The notes under the pieces: model-generated
Told to the model about the DNA's origin: nothing
The model's input: only the letters and a program-made list of their open reading frames with translations
Databases searched by the model: none
Position numbers and translations under genes: made by a program
Part shown: positions 49,654 to 59,614 of the stretch, piece after piece
How the letters are laid out: each line of letters opens with the position of its first letter
Numbering within the stretch: the stretch's first letter is position 1
DNA from: Phycisphaerae bacterium
GTDB taxonomy: Bacteria; Planctomycetota; Phycisphaerae; UBA1845
Length of the DNA stretch: 64,000 nt
NCBI GenBank assembly: GCA_963666835.2
Contig: CAXXGO010000006.1
Span: 1,728,001-1,792,000, forward strand
Direction of reading: 5' to 3'

Positions 49654-49741
49654 GTAGGGCAGTGTCGAGGTACGAGACCTGCCGTGACCTTTGCGCGGCG
49701 CGGGCCTTTGTGGCAGGTCTCGTGCCTCGACCGTGCCCTAC
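49654..49741. repeat. REPIN-like inverted pair of GTAG-GGCA REPs
   Basis: 49654-49683 (+) and 49712-49741 (-). Confidence 0.85.
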
Positions 49742-49926
49742 TTGGACCGCGGCGGTTGGGTTGCAGCGATCGCCTCGCGTTTGCCCGTCTGTCAAGCCGG
49801 GCGTAGAGTTGCGGTGATCCGGGGAGGATCGATCCGAATGGGCGCGGTGCCGTAGACCACGCGGGCCGGACAGACGTTAACGGCACGGACGCGTAGTCCT
49901 ATGTGGGGAATGCAGAAGGAGGTCAC

Positions 49927-51315
49927 GTGAAATCGAGTAAGGTCTCTGGGCGAGTGTTTCTGGGATTGGTGATTCTCGGAATGGTCGGCGGGTGTCTGCG
50001 GCCCGCGACGGACCTTGACCTGCTGGACCGCGGTATTGTCGGCGAGGTCATGATGCACAGCGAGCTGGCCGGCAATCTCCGGGCTTTGTGTGTGCCGGGA
50101 GGGCGGCTTAGTGGGTCGCCGAACGGGCACCAGGCGGAGGAGTACATGGCCGGGAAGCTCCGTGAGTACGGCCTGCGTAACGTACACCTCGAGCCGTTTG
50201 AGATGACTAGCTGGCAGGACCGCTCGACTACGGTCACCGTCCTGGGCGATCCGCCGGTGGTGCTCGAGGGGGCGTTGTCGTTGGGCAACTGTCTGAGCAC
50301 TCCGCCGGGTGGCGTCACGGCCGGACTGGTTGATGTCGGAAAGGGCACGGAAGAGGAGTTCGAGCGAGTTGCCGAGGAGTTGCCCGGCAAGTTTGCTTTG
50401 GCGCGTGAGGGCGGTTCGCATCGAAGCCGCAAGATGAGTTTCGCCCTGGCCGGTGGAGCTGCGGGGCTCGTGCATGTGTCACGATTGGAGGATCGGGCGC
50501 GGGTGGGTCAGTGCCATCCTGAACCCCGACCGGAACCCGGGGTGGTGGTTACCGGAGCCGATGGGGCGGCATTGGCGAAACGCCTGGAGGCGGGCGAGGA
50601 CGTTACCATCAACGTCGAGATCGAAGCCCAAGTCTGGGATGCTACGCCGAACAACGTTGTGGCCGAGATTCCCGGAGTCGGATCATTGGCGGACGAGTTG
50701 GTCATCATCGGCGGGCATCTGGATAGCTGGCACTTGGCCGAGGGGGCGATTGACAACGGGAACGGGAGCGTTGCGGTTTTGGAAGCCGCCCGAGCCCTGG
50801 CCGCGGCCGACTGGCAGCCGCGGCGTACGGTTCGCTTTGTGTGGTTCATGGGGGAAGAGCACGGCCTGCACGGCAGCAGGGCGTACGTGAAGGCTCATTG
50901 CGATGAAATGGACCGCGTGGTGGCGATGATCAATGTCGACATGCCCGGCGCTCCGCGGAGTCTGTATACGTTCGGCCATCCGGAGCTCGATCCGTTCTTG
51001 AAGTCCGTGCAGGCGGACTTAGCCGGGTTCGAGATATCTCCCGAAATAGGCAACGCTTCCTGGACTGCCAGCGATCACGCGGCGTTCATGAAGCAGGGGG
51101 TCTGCGCCTTGTCACTATCCGGCGAGCTCGGTCCGGGAGTGAAGTTCTATCATTCCAACGGTGATATGTACGACGTGGTCGACCGCCGGGGCACTACCCA
51201 AGCGGCCGCGGTGCTGGCGATTCTCGTTCGCCGTCTGGCGGATGAAGTTCCTCGACCCAGTGAACGGTTCGACCCGGTCAAGCTCGCCGAGGAAATGGGT
51301 TGGGCGGACGAGTAG
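49927..51315 (+). CDS. M28 family metallopeptidase with PA domain, probable lipoprotein
   Basis: AGGAGG RBS, VGGC lipobox, GGHLDSW, GAIDNGNG, GEEHGL, NVDM, SDH and YHS motifs. Confidence 0.92.
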   Translation: MKSSKVSGRVFLGLVILGMVGGCLRPATDLDLLDRGIVGEVMMHSELAGNLRALCVPGGRLSGSPNGHQAEEYMAGKLREYGLRNVHLEPFEMTSWQDRSTTVTVLGDPPVVLEGALSLGNCLSTPPGGVTAGLVDVGKGTEEEFERVAEELPGKFALAREGGSHRSRKMSFALAGGAAGLVHVSRLEDRARVGQCHPEPRPEPGVVVTGADGAALAKRLEAGEDVTINVEIEAQVWDATPNNVVAEIPGVGSLADELVIIGGHLDSWHLAEGAIDNGNGSVAVLEAARALAAADWQPRRTVRFVWFMGEEHGLHGSRAYVKAHCDEMDRVVAMINVDMPGAPRSLYTFGHPELDPFLKSVQADLAGFEISPEIGNASWTASDHAAFMKQGVCALSLSGELGPGVKFYHSNGDMYDVVDRRGTTQAAAVLAILVRRLADEVPRPSERFDPVKLAEEMGWADE

Positions 51316-51522
51316 ACCGCGCGGACAGGCTTGAGACGCGAACTCCAACGCCATGCGTGTCTTTCGAGGATCCGGTTCGCTCCGGCGCCCTCGTTTCCTG
51401 CCTGGTTCTGCTTCCTGGCGAGTAAACTTCGTGAAGACTATAATACGGCCTAACGGCTCTTCCGGTGTTCTGTCTGAAAGGCAACGAGAGGGGCTTGCAC
51501 TGGAATACGGAGTTGCCGGACC

Positions 51523-52635
51523 ATGAAAAATCAACCGCCGCTACCGTCGCATTACGCGAAGCTGACCGATGCCGAGTTAACGGCAGCTATCGGGGAACGC
51601 AAGAAGGCCTTGGGAAGGCGGCTTGTCATTCTGGGCCATCACTATCAGCGGGACGAGGTGATTCAGTTTGCGGATTTCGTCGGCGACAGCCTGAAGCTCG
51701 CCCAGGTCGGTGGCGCTCAGGCGGATGCCGAGTTCATCGTATTCTGCGGCGTACACTTCATGGCGGAATCCGCCGATATTCTCACCCCGCCTTCCGTAAG
51801 CGTCATTCTGCCGGATCTGGGCGCCGGATGCAGTATGGCAGATATGGCCGAACGAGACCAACTCGAAGATGCGTGGCGTTTTTTCGCAGGAGAATGCGAG
51901 GAGAATCTCATCCCCGTCACTTACGTCAACTCGTTGGCATCTATCAAAGCGTTCTGCGGGGCTAACGGCGGTGCGTGTTGCACGAGCGGCAACGCCCGGG
52001 CGGTTCTGGAGTGGGCGTTTCGGCAGGGCGGCAAGGTTCTGTTCCTTCCGGATCAACACCTCGGCCGCAACACCGCCTATGCCATGGGGATTACGCTTGA
52101 CGAGATGGCGCTGTTCGATCCCGCACTTCCCAACGGCGGGCTTACCGCCGAGCGGGTGCGGGCTGTGAAGGTCCTGCTATGGAAGGGCTATTGCGATGTG
52201 CACGGCCTGTTTACCGTTCAACAGTGTGAAGACATTCGCCGCAACGAGCCGGATCGCAAGATCATCGTGCATCCCGAGTGCGCGTGGGAGGTAGTGCAAC
52301 AGGTGGATCTCGCCGGCAGTACCGAGTTCATCATCAAGACCGTCAAGGAGGCTCCGTCCGGGAGCAAGTGGGCGATCGGCACAGAGACTAATCTCGTGGA
52401 GCGGCTCCGCAAGACATTCCCGGATCAATCCGTCATGTCGCTGGCGGGCATCCAGTGCCTTTGCACGACCATGGGACTGATCGACCTGCGGCACTTGCTC
52501 TGGGTGCTCGACGAACTCGCGGGCGGCAACGTCGTCAATCGGATTACTGTGAAAGAGGATACACGGCAGTCGGCGCTCGTTGCCCTGGACCGCATGCTGG
52601 CCAATGTTCCTGCCGCCCCCGCCGCGATCAAGTAG
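51523..52635 (+). CDS. nadA: Quinolinate synthase
   Basis: ILGHHYQ, FCGVHFMAE, AGCSMA, YVNS, FLPDQHLG, VHPEC and GST motifs. Confidence 0.97.
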   Translation: MKNQPPLPSHYAKLTDAELTAAIGERKKALGRRLVILGHHYQRDEVIQFADFVGDSLKLAQVGGAQADAEFIVFCGVHFMAESADILTPPSVSVILPDLGAGCSMADMAERDQLEDAWRFFAGECEENLIPVTYVNSLASIKAFCGANGGACCTSGNARAVLEWAFRQGGKVLFLPDQHLGRNTAYAMGITLDEMALFDPALPNGGLTAERVRAVKVLLWKGYCDVHGLFTVQQCEDIRRNEPDRKIIVHPECAWEVVQQVDLAGSTEFIIKTVKEAPSGSKWAIGTETNLVERLRKTFPDQSVMSLAGIQCLCTTMGLIDLRHLLWVLDELAGGNVVNRITVKEDTRQSALVALDRMLANVPAAPAAIK

Positions 52636-52684
52636 GGGGGCTTCCGGAAAAGCCGTGGCCCGCTCAACTTCCTGGAGGCCCTCC

Positions 52685-53230
52685 GTGGATAACGATATCG
52701 CTGAAGTCATCTTCACCAAGGAGGCAATCAAGACTCGGATCGGTGAACTCGCCCGGGATATAACTAACGAGTATTCGGACGTTGCGGGGACCGGCATAAC
52801 CGTCGTTACAGTGCTGAACGGGGCGTTTATCTTCGCTGGGGACCTGATTCGGCGCCTGCCGATCAAGACCCGGATCGGGATGATCACCGTGTCCAGCTAC
52901 CCCGGTAAGAGCACCGCTTCCCAGGGTGCCAGCTTGGAGTCGTCAGTTCTACCGGACTTACGCAACCGGGATGTGTTATTGGTCGATGATATCCTTGAGA
53001 CCGGTAGGACCCTTCGGCTTGTCCAGGACCTGGTACGCCGGGCGGAGCCGTCGAGTTTGCGGACCGCAGTCCTCTTACGGAAGGGGACTAAGGCCCCCGA
53101 GGATGTGCCGGTCGAGTATATCGGCTTTGATGTCGACGATCGTTTCGTGGTCGGCTACGGCCTGGATTACGATGGCCTCTATCGTAACCTGCCACATATT
53201 GCGGTCTTAAGACCGGAGCTGTACCACTAG
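52685..53230 (+). CDS. hpt: Hypoxanthine phosphoribosyltransferase
   Basis: GGAGG RBS and GTG start; VLNGAFIF, VSSY, LLVDDILETG.TL and FVVGYGLDY motifs. Confidence 0.95.
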   Translation: MDNDIAEVIFTKEAIKTRIGELARDITNEYSDVAGTGITVVTVLNGAFIFAGDLIRRLPIKTRIGMITVSSYPGKSTASQGASLESSVLPDLRNRDVLLVDDILETGRTLRLVQDLVRRAEPSSLRTAVLLRKGTKAPEDVPVEYIGFDVDDRFVVGYGLDYDGLYRNLPHIAVLRPELYH

Positions 53231-53241
53231 GAGCATCTCTC

Positions 53242-53841
53242 GTGAGCGGGTTGTGGATACCGGATATTCGGACGTCCTCGTGTGCTGCGGTTATGTCCGA
53301 TGCGCCGTCACATGCTCGCAAGGTGGTCACCGATTGGTCAACCCTTCCCGGTGGGATCGTGGATGGCGGCGAAATAGTCTTACTGGCCGTAAAGCCGTCC
53401 ATGTGGAGGCCGGTCTTGGACTCCGCCGCATGGTTGGTCACGTGCTGGGTTCTGGCGGCCGTGATTGGTGTCATGGGCACGCCGATCCCCGGCATGTCTC
53501 TGATGGTGACGGTTCAGGCGGTGCTGTTTGTCGGATTCGCCGGGCTGGCCGTGGCCTTCGTCCGCTGGGCTCCGATGTGGTATGTCCTGACCAACCGGCG
53601 CGTTCTTGACGTTCAAGGAGTGCGTGCCCCGCGAATAGCCTCGTGCCTGCTGATCGATGTTCGCAACACGTACCTAAACAGCACGTCCACCGAGAGGATG
53701 GCCGGGCTGGGGACGATCACTTTCGTTACGGACCTTCCCGACGAATCTCCGCGTGCGTGGCAGTCGATCGCCAGGCCGGAAGAGGTTCACGATCGAATCC
53801 GGCGCGCTATCGAAAACGCCATCGACCAACAGGGCGTGTAG
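53242..53841 (+). CDS. Membrane protein with bacterial PH domain
   Basis: Two TM helices, then YVLTNRRVL...ERMAGLGTI.F. Confidence 0.75.
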   Translation: MSGLWIPDIRTSSCAAVMSDAPSHARKVVTDWSTLPGGIVDGGEIVLLAVKPSMWRPVLDSAAWLVTCWVLAAVIGVMGTPIPGMSLMVTVQAVLFVGFAGLAVAFVRWAPMWYVLTNRRVLDVQGVRAPRIASCLLIDVRNTYLNSTSTERMAGLGTITFVTDLPDESPRAWQSIARPEEVHDRIRRAIENAIDQQGV

Positions 53842-53917
53842 GCGCAGATCATCCTGTAACGCAGGCTTCCAGCCTGCTCTCCTCAAACAAGCCTGGGCAA
53901 TGGAAAAAGATCCTGCC

Positions 53918-54325
53918 CGACCATGTCCTACAGGAGGCGACACGTGGGTGGCATGGGCCAACTTGTTGGCCCGTGACATGACATGATGTCGACATGTCTT
54001 GGCGCGATAGGCGACATTGTGGCAGGTCTCGTGCCTCGACCATGCCCTACACCCGCGTGCGTTGCCGGGTGCCGGGTGCCATGGTCCACGCTCGCGTGGC
54101 CATGAAGGGCTGCAGTCTCGTCGGGTCAGCGGACGGTTACCGGAATCGCGCGAAGACGCCGGCAGGTCTCGTTCCTCGACCGTGCCCTACGGGAGGCGAC
54201 ATGTGCGTGTCACGGACCAACTTGTTGGCCCGTGAAATGTCATTATGTCGACATGTCTTCGCGCGATAGGCGACGTTGTGGCAGGTCTCGTTCCTCGACC
54301 GTGCCCTACACCCGCGTGCGTTGCC
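53918..54325. repeat. REP cluster with ~259-bp periodicity, related to the 126-bp units at 18.4 kb
   Basis: REPs at 54021, 54161 and 54280. Shared linker CCAACTTGTTGG.CCGTG...CATGTCTT.GCGCGA. Confidence 0.85.
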
Positions 54326-54507
54326 CCACAGGGACGTCGGCGCTACGCACAGCGTTATTCGTTATTCTGGAAGCAGGATGCCTGCGCTGCGCTACGCGGG
54401 GCTTCTGCCCGACTTCCTTTCGGAGCGCACCAAAACCGTCGGCCTTACAAAGAAGTCAGGCTCCCCCGACGAGTATCCCGGAGACGATACCAGCCGCCTC
54501 GAAAGAT

Positions 54508-55773
54508 CTACGTCGTACTCGGTTGAGCGTCTGTCTGGTTCGCAGTCTTGCCGCAGCAACCAACCTTGCCGGCCGAGGTCGTCTTCGTCGCGGCTGCACA
54601 AAGTGCCTGGTCGACGTCGGCGATGATGTCGTCAACGTTCTCTATCCCAACCGACAGACGTACCAGACCATCCGTGATGTTGGCCTGCCGCCGGGCTCCC
54701 GCCCCCATCGAGGCGTGGGTCATGCTGGCCGGGTGCTGGATGAGCGACTCGACCCCGCCGAGGCTGACCGCCAAGCCGCAGAGTTTGACGGCATTCATCA
54801 TGCGGCGACCGGCTTCTACTCCGCCCTTCAGGCCGAATGCGATCATGCCTCCCGGTCCGGACATCTGCTTGAGGCCGATCTCGTATTGCGGATGGCTCTT
54901 CAGGCCGGGGTAGCGAATCCACTCGAGCGCCGGATGGGCGGCGAGATGCTCTGCCACCTTAATGGCATTTTGGCAGTGCCGTTCCATCCGCAAGGGCAGA
55001 GTCTTGATGCCGCGATGGACCAGGAAGGACTCCATCGGCGGCAAAACGCCGCCCTGGTGGTTCAGCAAACGCCTGAACATGGCGTACTGCTCCTGGTCTT
55101 TGGCGACGATAACCCCGCCGACGACATCGGCGTGCCCGTTCAGGAACTTCGTCAGGCTGTGCACGACCACGTCGGCTCCGTGCTTGAACGGTTGCTGAAG
55201 GACGGGGCTCATAAAGGTGTTGTCTACTACGGTTACGGCGTTGTTTTCGTGGGCAATGTTGCACACGGCTTCCAAGTCGGTCATTACGAGCGTCGGGTTG
55301 CCCGGAGTTTCCACGTAGATGACCTTCGTGTTCGGCCGCATGGCCTTCTTCACCGCTTCGAGGTTTGAGGTGTCTACGATTGTAGACTCGATGCCGTAGC
55401 GCGTGAGCACGGTCTTGAGCAGCGTACACGTTGGGCCGTACACCGCATCGCTGCCAATCATGTGATCGCCGCTCTGCAGCAGCCCGGTCAGCGCCGTGTG
55501 GATGGCGGCCATGCCGCTTCCGCAAGCCAGCGATCCGAAACCGCCCTCGAGAGCCGCGATGCACTTCTCGAGCGCTACCACCGTGGGGTTGCCCATCCGC
55601 GAGTAGATGTAGCCGTCTCGCTTCCCGGAGAACAGATCCGCACCCTGCTCAGCGTCTTCGAAGGTGAACGTGGAGGTCTGGTAGATCGGCGGAACGACGG
55701 GCCCGAAGGCGTAGTTATCGACTCCCGCATGAACCGCCAACGTATTAGGGGACGAGTAATCCTGGTGTGACAT
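54508..55773 (-). CDS. PLP-dependent Cys/Met metabolism enzyme, methionine gamma-lyase-like
   Basis: PPIYQTSTF, YIYSRMGNPT, SGMAAI, VDNTF, HSLTKFLNGHAD, AVSLGGVESL and RLSVGIE motifs. Confidence 0.93.
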   Translation of the reverse strand: MSHQDYSSPNTLAVHAGVDNYAFGPVVPPIYQTSTFTFEDAEQGADLFSGKRDGYIYSRMGNPTVVALEKCIAALEGGFGSLACGSGMAAIHTALTGLLQSGDHMIGSDAVYGPTCTLLKTVLTRYGIESTIVDTSNLEAVKKAMRPNTKVIYVETPGNPTLVMTDLEAVCNIAHENNAVTVVDNTFMSPVLQQPFKHGADVVVHSLTKFLNGHADVVGGVIVAKDQEQYAMFRRLLNHQGGVLPPMESFLVHRGIKTLPLRMERHCQNAIKVAEHLAAHPALEWIRYPGLKSHPQYEIGLKQMSGPGGMIAFGLKGGVEAGRRMMNAVKLCGLAVSLGGVESLIQHPASMTHASMGAGARRQANITDGLVRLSVGIENVDDIIADVDQALCAAATKTTSAGKVGCCGKTANQTDAQPSTT

Positions 55774-56192
55774 TCCGAACAGCCTTTCTTCGTGGTTGGT
55801 TTGAAGGCGGGGCAAAAACCCCTGATCCGATGCCCGTCCCACTGGGGAGGGCGACGTCCAGTGCGCGCTACTTTTTCCCAATCCAGCAGCATTAAGGCTC
55901 CTGCAAGATGCGTGCCGCAAGATCCCCTTCGGGTGTTCGGTAGAAGGCCGGCTCGCGCGGAAGCTCCCCTCGAAAGGCCCTCTCAGGCCCAAGAACTGCT
56001 GATAATGCCGTGCGGCGGCCAAACGTCCGGTCTGCTAATATGTCGACTATAATAGTCGTGAATCTTGACGGATATGTGCGATATAGGGCGCTCGCAGCTT
56101 GGTGCGGGGCTCAAGGTGACGTTTCGCGTGCCGGGTCGTGGCTCTGGGTTTACGCGAGATGGAGGGACTATCTTGCACTACCGCGGACCCGG

Positions 56193-57689
56193 CTACGGCG
56201 TGGCGTAGTGGGGGAGGTGCTTCTGGATCGTGTTGATGAGTTGATGCCGATTGATCGGCTTGCTGCAGTAGTCAACACAACCTGCGTCAAGGCATTTCTG
56301 CCGGTCGGTGTTCATAGCATGCGCCGTCAGGGCGATGATCGGTAGCTTCACACCCTCGTGTCGAAGAAGCCGGGCGGCTTGATATCCGTCCATCACCGGC
56401 ATTTGCATGTCCAACAAGATCACATCGAACGGGTTCCCGGTGTCGCGCGCCGCAAGAGCTGCATCGGCGGCGAGCTTTCCGTTCTCCACGGCAGTGATCT
56501 TAGCCCCAACCTTTCTGAGGATTCCCGTTATGAGGACTCGGTTGGTGGCGTTGTCTTCGGCGAGCAGGATGCGGCAGTCAAGCCTGACGTCTTCCGGATA
56601 GGTTGGGGCCGGTGCGGCGCGCGTGATTCTGGCGGTTGCCGGATCGTTCAGCATCCTGATGCCATCAATCGGACCGGCAGCGAGCGTCACCTTGAAACAA
56701 CTTCCTTCACCGGGCCTGCTCTCGACCGTGATGTCGCCGCCCAGCATTTCGGCCAGACGCTTGCTGATCAACAATCCCAGACCCGTGCCGCCGAATCGTC
56801 GTGTCGTTGACGTGTCCGCTTGCACGAAAGCACGAAACAGCCCGGAGATCTGTTCATCGGACATTCCCAGGCCCGTGTCAATCACATCGAAGCTCATGGT
56901 CATCTGATCGGAGCTGTCGACGTGGGATCGGGCGACCAGTCGAACTGACCCCTTCTCTGTGAACTTGATGGCATTGCCCGTGAGATTGACCAGGATCTGC
57001 TTGATTCGCGTCGGATCACTCGTAATCTGCTCCGGTATTGGGGTGGTGTACTCGGTCTTGAGTTGGAGGTTCTTGGCGTCGGCTCGTACCTGCATGAGTG
57101 CTTTGACGTCCTCCAAAATCTCAAACGGGGAGCAGCTTATACGCTCGGTATCAAGTTTGCCGGCCTCGATCTTAGAGATGTCCAGAATGTCATTGATGAT
57201 CTGCAGCAAGTGCTCGCCATTTCGGCGGATCGTGTTGATGGCGTCGGTTCTCTCAGATTCACTCAACGTCGGATCCAGCAGATTGTCTGCGAAGCCGAGG
57301 ATCGCGGTCATCGGAGTGCGAATCTCGTGGCTCATGTTCGCCAGAAACTCGCTCTTGGAACGGGCGGCCTGCTCCGCCGCCAGGGAGGCCGCTTTGAATT
57401 GTTGCATGGCCTCCTCCGTTGCGGTCCGGGCTTTTTCGAGTTCGATGGCCTGCTGCTTGAGAGTCTTTGCCTGAGTCTCGGCAAGTTCCTTGGTGGCGAC
57501 GAGGTCCCTGGTACGTTGGGCGACGACGTCCTCCAGAGCCAGAGCTCGTTCGAACACGCCGAAGGCGGAGGCGCCGGATGCCAGCCCGTGCTCAACGCGA
57601 TCCATGAGCGTGTTGTTTGTGCGGCGCAGCCGCTCGATCTCTCTTTCGAGCCGGGCGATTCTCTCCAGATGGGTTTCGCCTTCGCTCAT
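56193..57689 (-). CDS. Cytoplasmic hybrid histidine kinase/receiver protein
   Basis: N-terminal coiled coil; FLANMSHEIRTPM, NAIKFT, GGTGLGL and receiver LLDMQMPVMDG. ATGA overlap with the FIST gene. Confidence 0.95.
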   Translation of the reverse strand: MSEGETHLERIARLEREIERLRRTNNTLMDRVEHGLASGASAFGVFERALALEDVVAQRTRDLVATKELAETQAKTLKQQAIELEKARTATEEAMQQFKAASLAAEQAARSKSEFLANMSHEIRTPMTAILGFADNLLDPTLSESERTDAINTIRRNGEHLLQIINDILDISKIEAGKLDTERISCSPFEILEDVKALMQVRADAKNLQLKTEYTTPIPEQITSDPTRIKQILVNLTGNAIKFTEKGSVRLVARSHVDSSDQMTMSFDVIDTGLGMSDEQISGLFRAFVQADTSTTRRFGGTGLGLLISKRLAEMLGGDITVESRPGEGSCFKVTLAAGPIDGIRMLNDPATARITRAAPAPTYPEDVRLDCRILLAEDNATNRVLITGILRKVGAKITAVENGKLAADAALAARDTGNPFDVILLDMQMPVMDGYQAARLLRHEGVKLPIIALTAHAMNTDRQKCLDAGCVDYCSKPINRHQLINTIQKHLPHYATP

Positions 57690-58813
57690 TTGTGGGTCCC
57701 AAGCGCAACACCGGTAAGGGTCTGATTGACGTGCAGGCCGTTGAACTGTTCGCCGTATGTGTTGAAGCCGAACATCTTCATGTCCTCGACAACCTTGCCC
57801 ATCGGCATCACCATATCCCGATCGAGAAGCTCGAGACGGCGATAGAAGCAATCGAAGCCCAGCGTGACGACATGGTTCGGCACTACTGCTTCGATAGCAC
57901 GGCGCTGGCGTTCGGTTTCCTCCACGATGTCCAGTGCTCGCCCCAGACGCATGACAATCCCCTCTTCGATCGCGCAGAACATACTCAGGCTTCCATCCGG
58001 CTCGGTGCGGCGGACGCCGCGCGCGTAATGGTCGGACCCGACCGGCAGCAACAGCGGGTTCTTCGAAGCGTGGATCGCGTTGAATTCACCACACGTTATC
58101 CCCGTCTGCTCCAGGTAGTACTCAGCCGGAGAGATGCCATCGATCTCGAGCAAGCGGCGGTTCTCCGGATCGGCCCGGGTGACGACAAACCGGGTGTCGC
58201 ACGGCGTGAAGTTGTCGGTTTTGAAGACCAGGCAGGGGAGCGACGTCTGGACCAACGTCAAGACTGCGGCATTCGTGCGAAACTGCCCGTCGACCAAGAC
58301 CCGTGTCTCTATTAGCTGGCCTGATTCGCCGGCCGAGCCCCCGGCGATCGGAATGCCGTCCAACGCCCCATAGAGTAAAGAGGCGACGAACTCCTGCCGA
58401 TCGCAGAGTCCGTCGATGAGCGTCAAACCGAAACGCCTTTCCTCGGGTCCACACGGTCCGAGGGCTTCCGAGAGCCGCGTTTTCAACTCCAATGCCGCAT
58501 TGCTGTCAAAATCACGAACATCCGGGATGGGCTCCTGCACCACCCGCATCTCCGGCGAACTCAGGCTTGCTCCCGCCAGCCCGCCTTCAACGTACCCATA
58601 ACCCGGCACGACTTCTCCGGCGGTAGTACAAGCCAGCACCGGACATTCGTACGACTCGCTGATGCCGCGGGCCAGTTCATCCAGGTCATACTTCGGCGAG
58701 CAGAAGATCAGAACGCAAGAAGGCGATGGCTGGGCGATCCTCTCGCCAACCTCCTCGAGGGCTGAACGCGTATCATCCACCGCAGTCCACGCGCATTTGA
58801 AGTCCAAAGCCAT
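57686..58813 (-). CDS. FIST-domain sensor protein (NosP-like)
   Basis: FCS..YD, CTTAGE, LIDGL, GGSAG, FCAIEEG, FDC..R and GFNTYGEQFNGLHVNQT motifs. Confidence 0.92.
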   Translation of the reverse strand: MALDFKCAWTAVDDTRSALEEVGERIAQPSPSCVLIFCSPKYDLDELARGISESYECPVLACTTAGEVVPGYGYVEGGLAGASLSSPEMRVVQEPIPDVRDFDSNAALELKTRLSEALGPCGPEERRFGLTLIDGLCDRQEFVASLLYGALDGIPIAGGSAGESGQLIETRVLVDGQFRTNAAVLTLVQTSLPCLVFKTDNFTPCDTRFVVTRADPENRRLLEIDGISPAEYYLEQTGITCGEFNAIHASKNPLLLPVGSDHYARGVRRTEPDGSLSMFCAIEEGIVMRLGRALDIVEETERQRRAIEAVVPNHVVTLGFDCFYRRLELLDRDMVMPMGKVVEDMKMFGFNTYGEQFNGLHVNQTLTGVALGTHK

Positions 58814-59426
58814 GTCAGCTCCGATCGTTCATAGAGTACCTGGGGAGTCCAGTGGGACTGGCGCAGCCCGCAATTGCCGCGGCTCGCACAGCGGGTTTCG
58901 CCGCACGCACCTCATTCATAGCCTATCGATTAAGCAGTAAGAGGGCTGAAGCAACTATGACCGCGCAGACCCGGACTACCGGAGGCCGGCGGTTTGTCGG
59001 TTAGCGAGGACCCTCCCTCGGCAGACCGTAATGTCCCATGTTATCAGTTACTGGGGCTTACCCGACCCACGTGACGCCGCTACAGAATCCCCGGCCTAAG
59101 GGGAAGGGAAACCCTTATGATGGCCGGGCGAACCAACGGGCAGTTGCCGGCGGGTCCGCGAGCCGAAGGCGCCTGTCGCAGCCGTGATATCCGCTGGAGG
59201 CTCGCCAAGGGGCGATCGCAAGGGTGGCCTCTTGCAGATCCACCGGGAGTCCTCGTTGACCGGGAAACGTGACGTCGCCGGCCGTGATTCGCCGCGGGGT
59301 GTCGGTCGGCAACGTGCCTGCTATAATGCGCGCGGTCGGTTGGATACGACGGGGCCGGTCCTTCGTGTTTGCCTGCGACGGGGGAGCACCGGACGATCAC
59401 CGTCACAGCCGGTCGAGTTTGGGATC

Positions 59427-59500
59427 GCGCTCGTAGCTCAGTTGGATAGAGCACCGGTTTCCTAAACCGGGGGTCGCAGGTTCGAGTCCTGCCGGGCGCA
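59427..59500 (+). tRNA. tRNA-Arg(CCT)
   Basis: Acceptor GCGCTCG/CGGGCGC, D arm GCTC-AGTTGGATA-GAGC, anticodon arm CCGGT-TTCCTAA-ACCGG, T arm GCAGG-TTCGAGT-CCTGC. CCA is not encoded. Confidence 0.97.
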
Positions 59501-59614
59501 TTGTAAACCCTGTTATTATAATACTTTACGCGAGTCCGCTGTCGCATTGCTGTCGCGCGCGGACGATAAGAGGCTTTTATTGCCGGCCTCCCTGCCCGAC
59601 GGTATACTCGAGGC

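Noticed and set aside
55940..56000. Glycine riboswitch (CTCTCAGG on plus) or SAM-I riboswitch
   Set aside because: The GGAGA and CCGAAG elements are absent and no plus-strand gene follows. The SAM-I core motifs GAGGGA.TGGCCC and GCAACC are absent.
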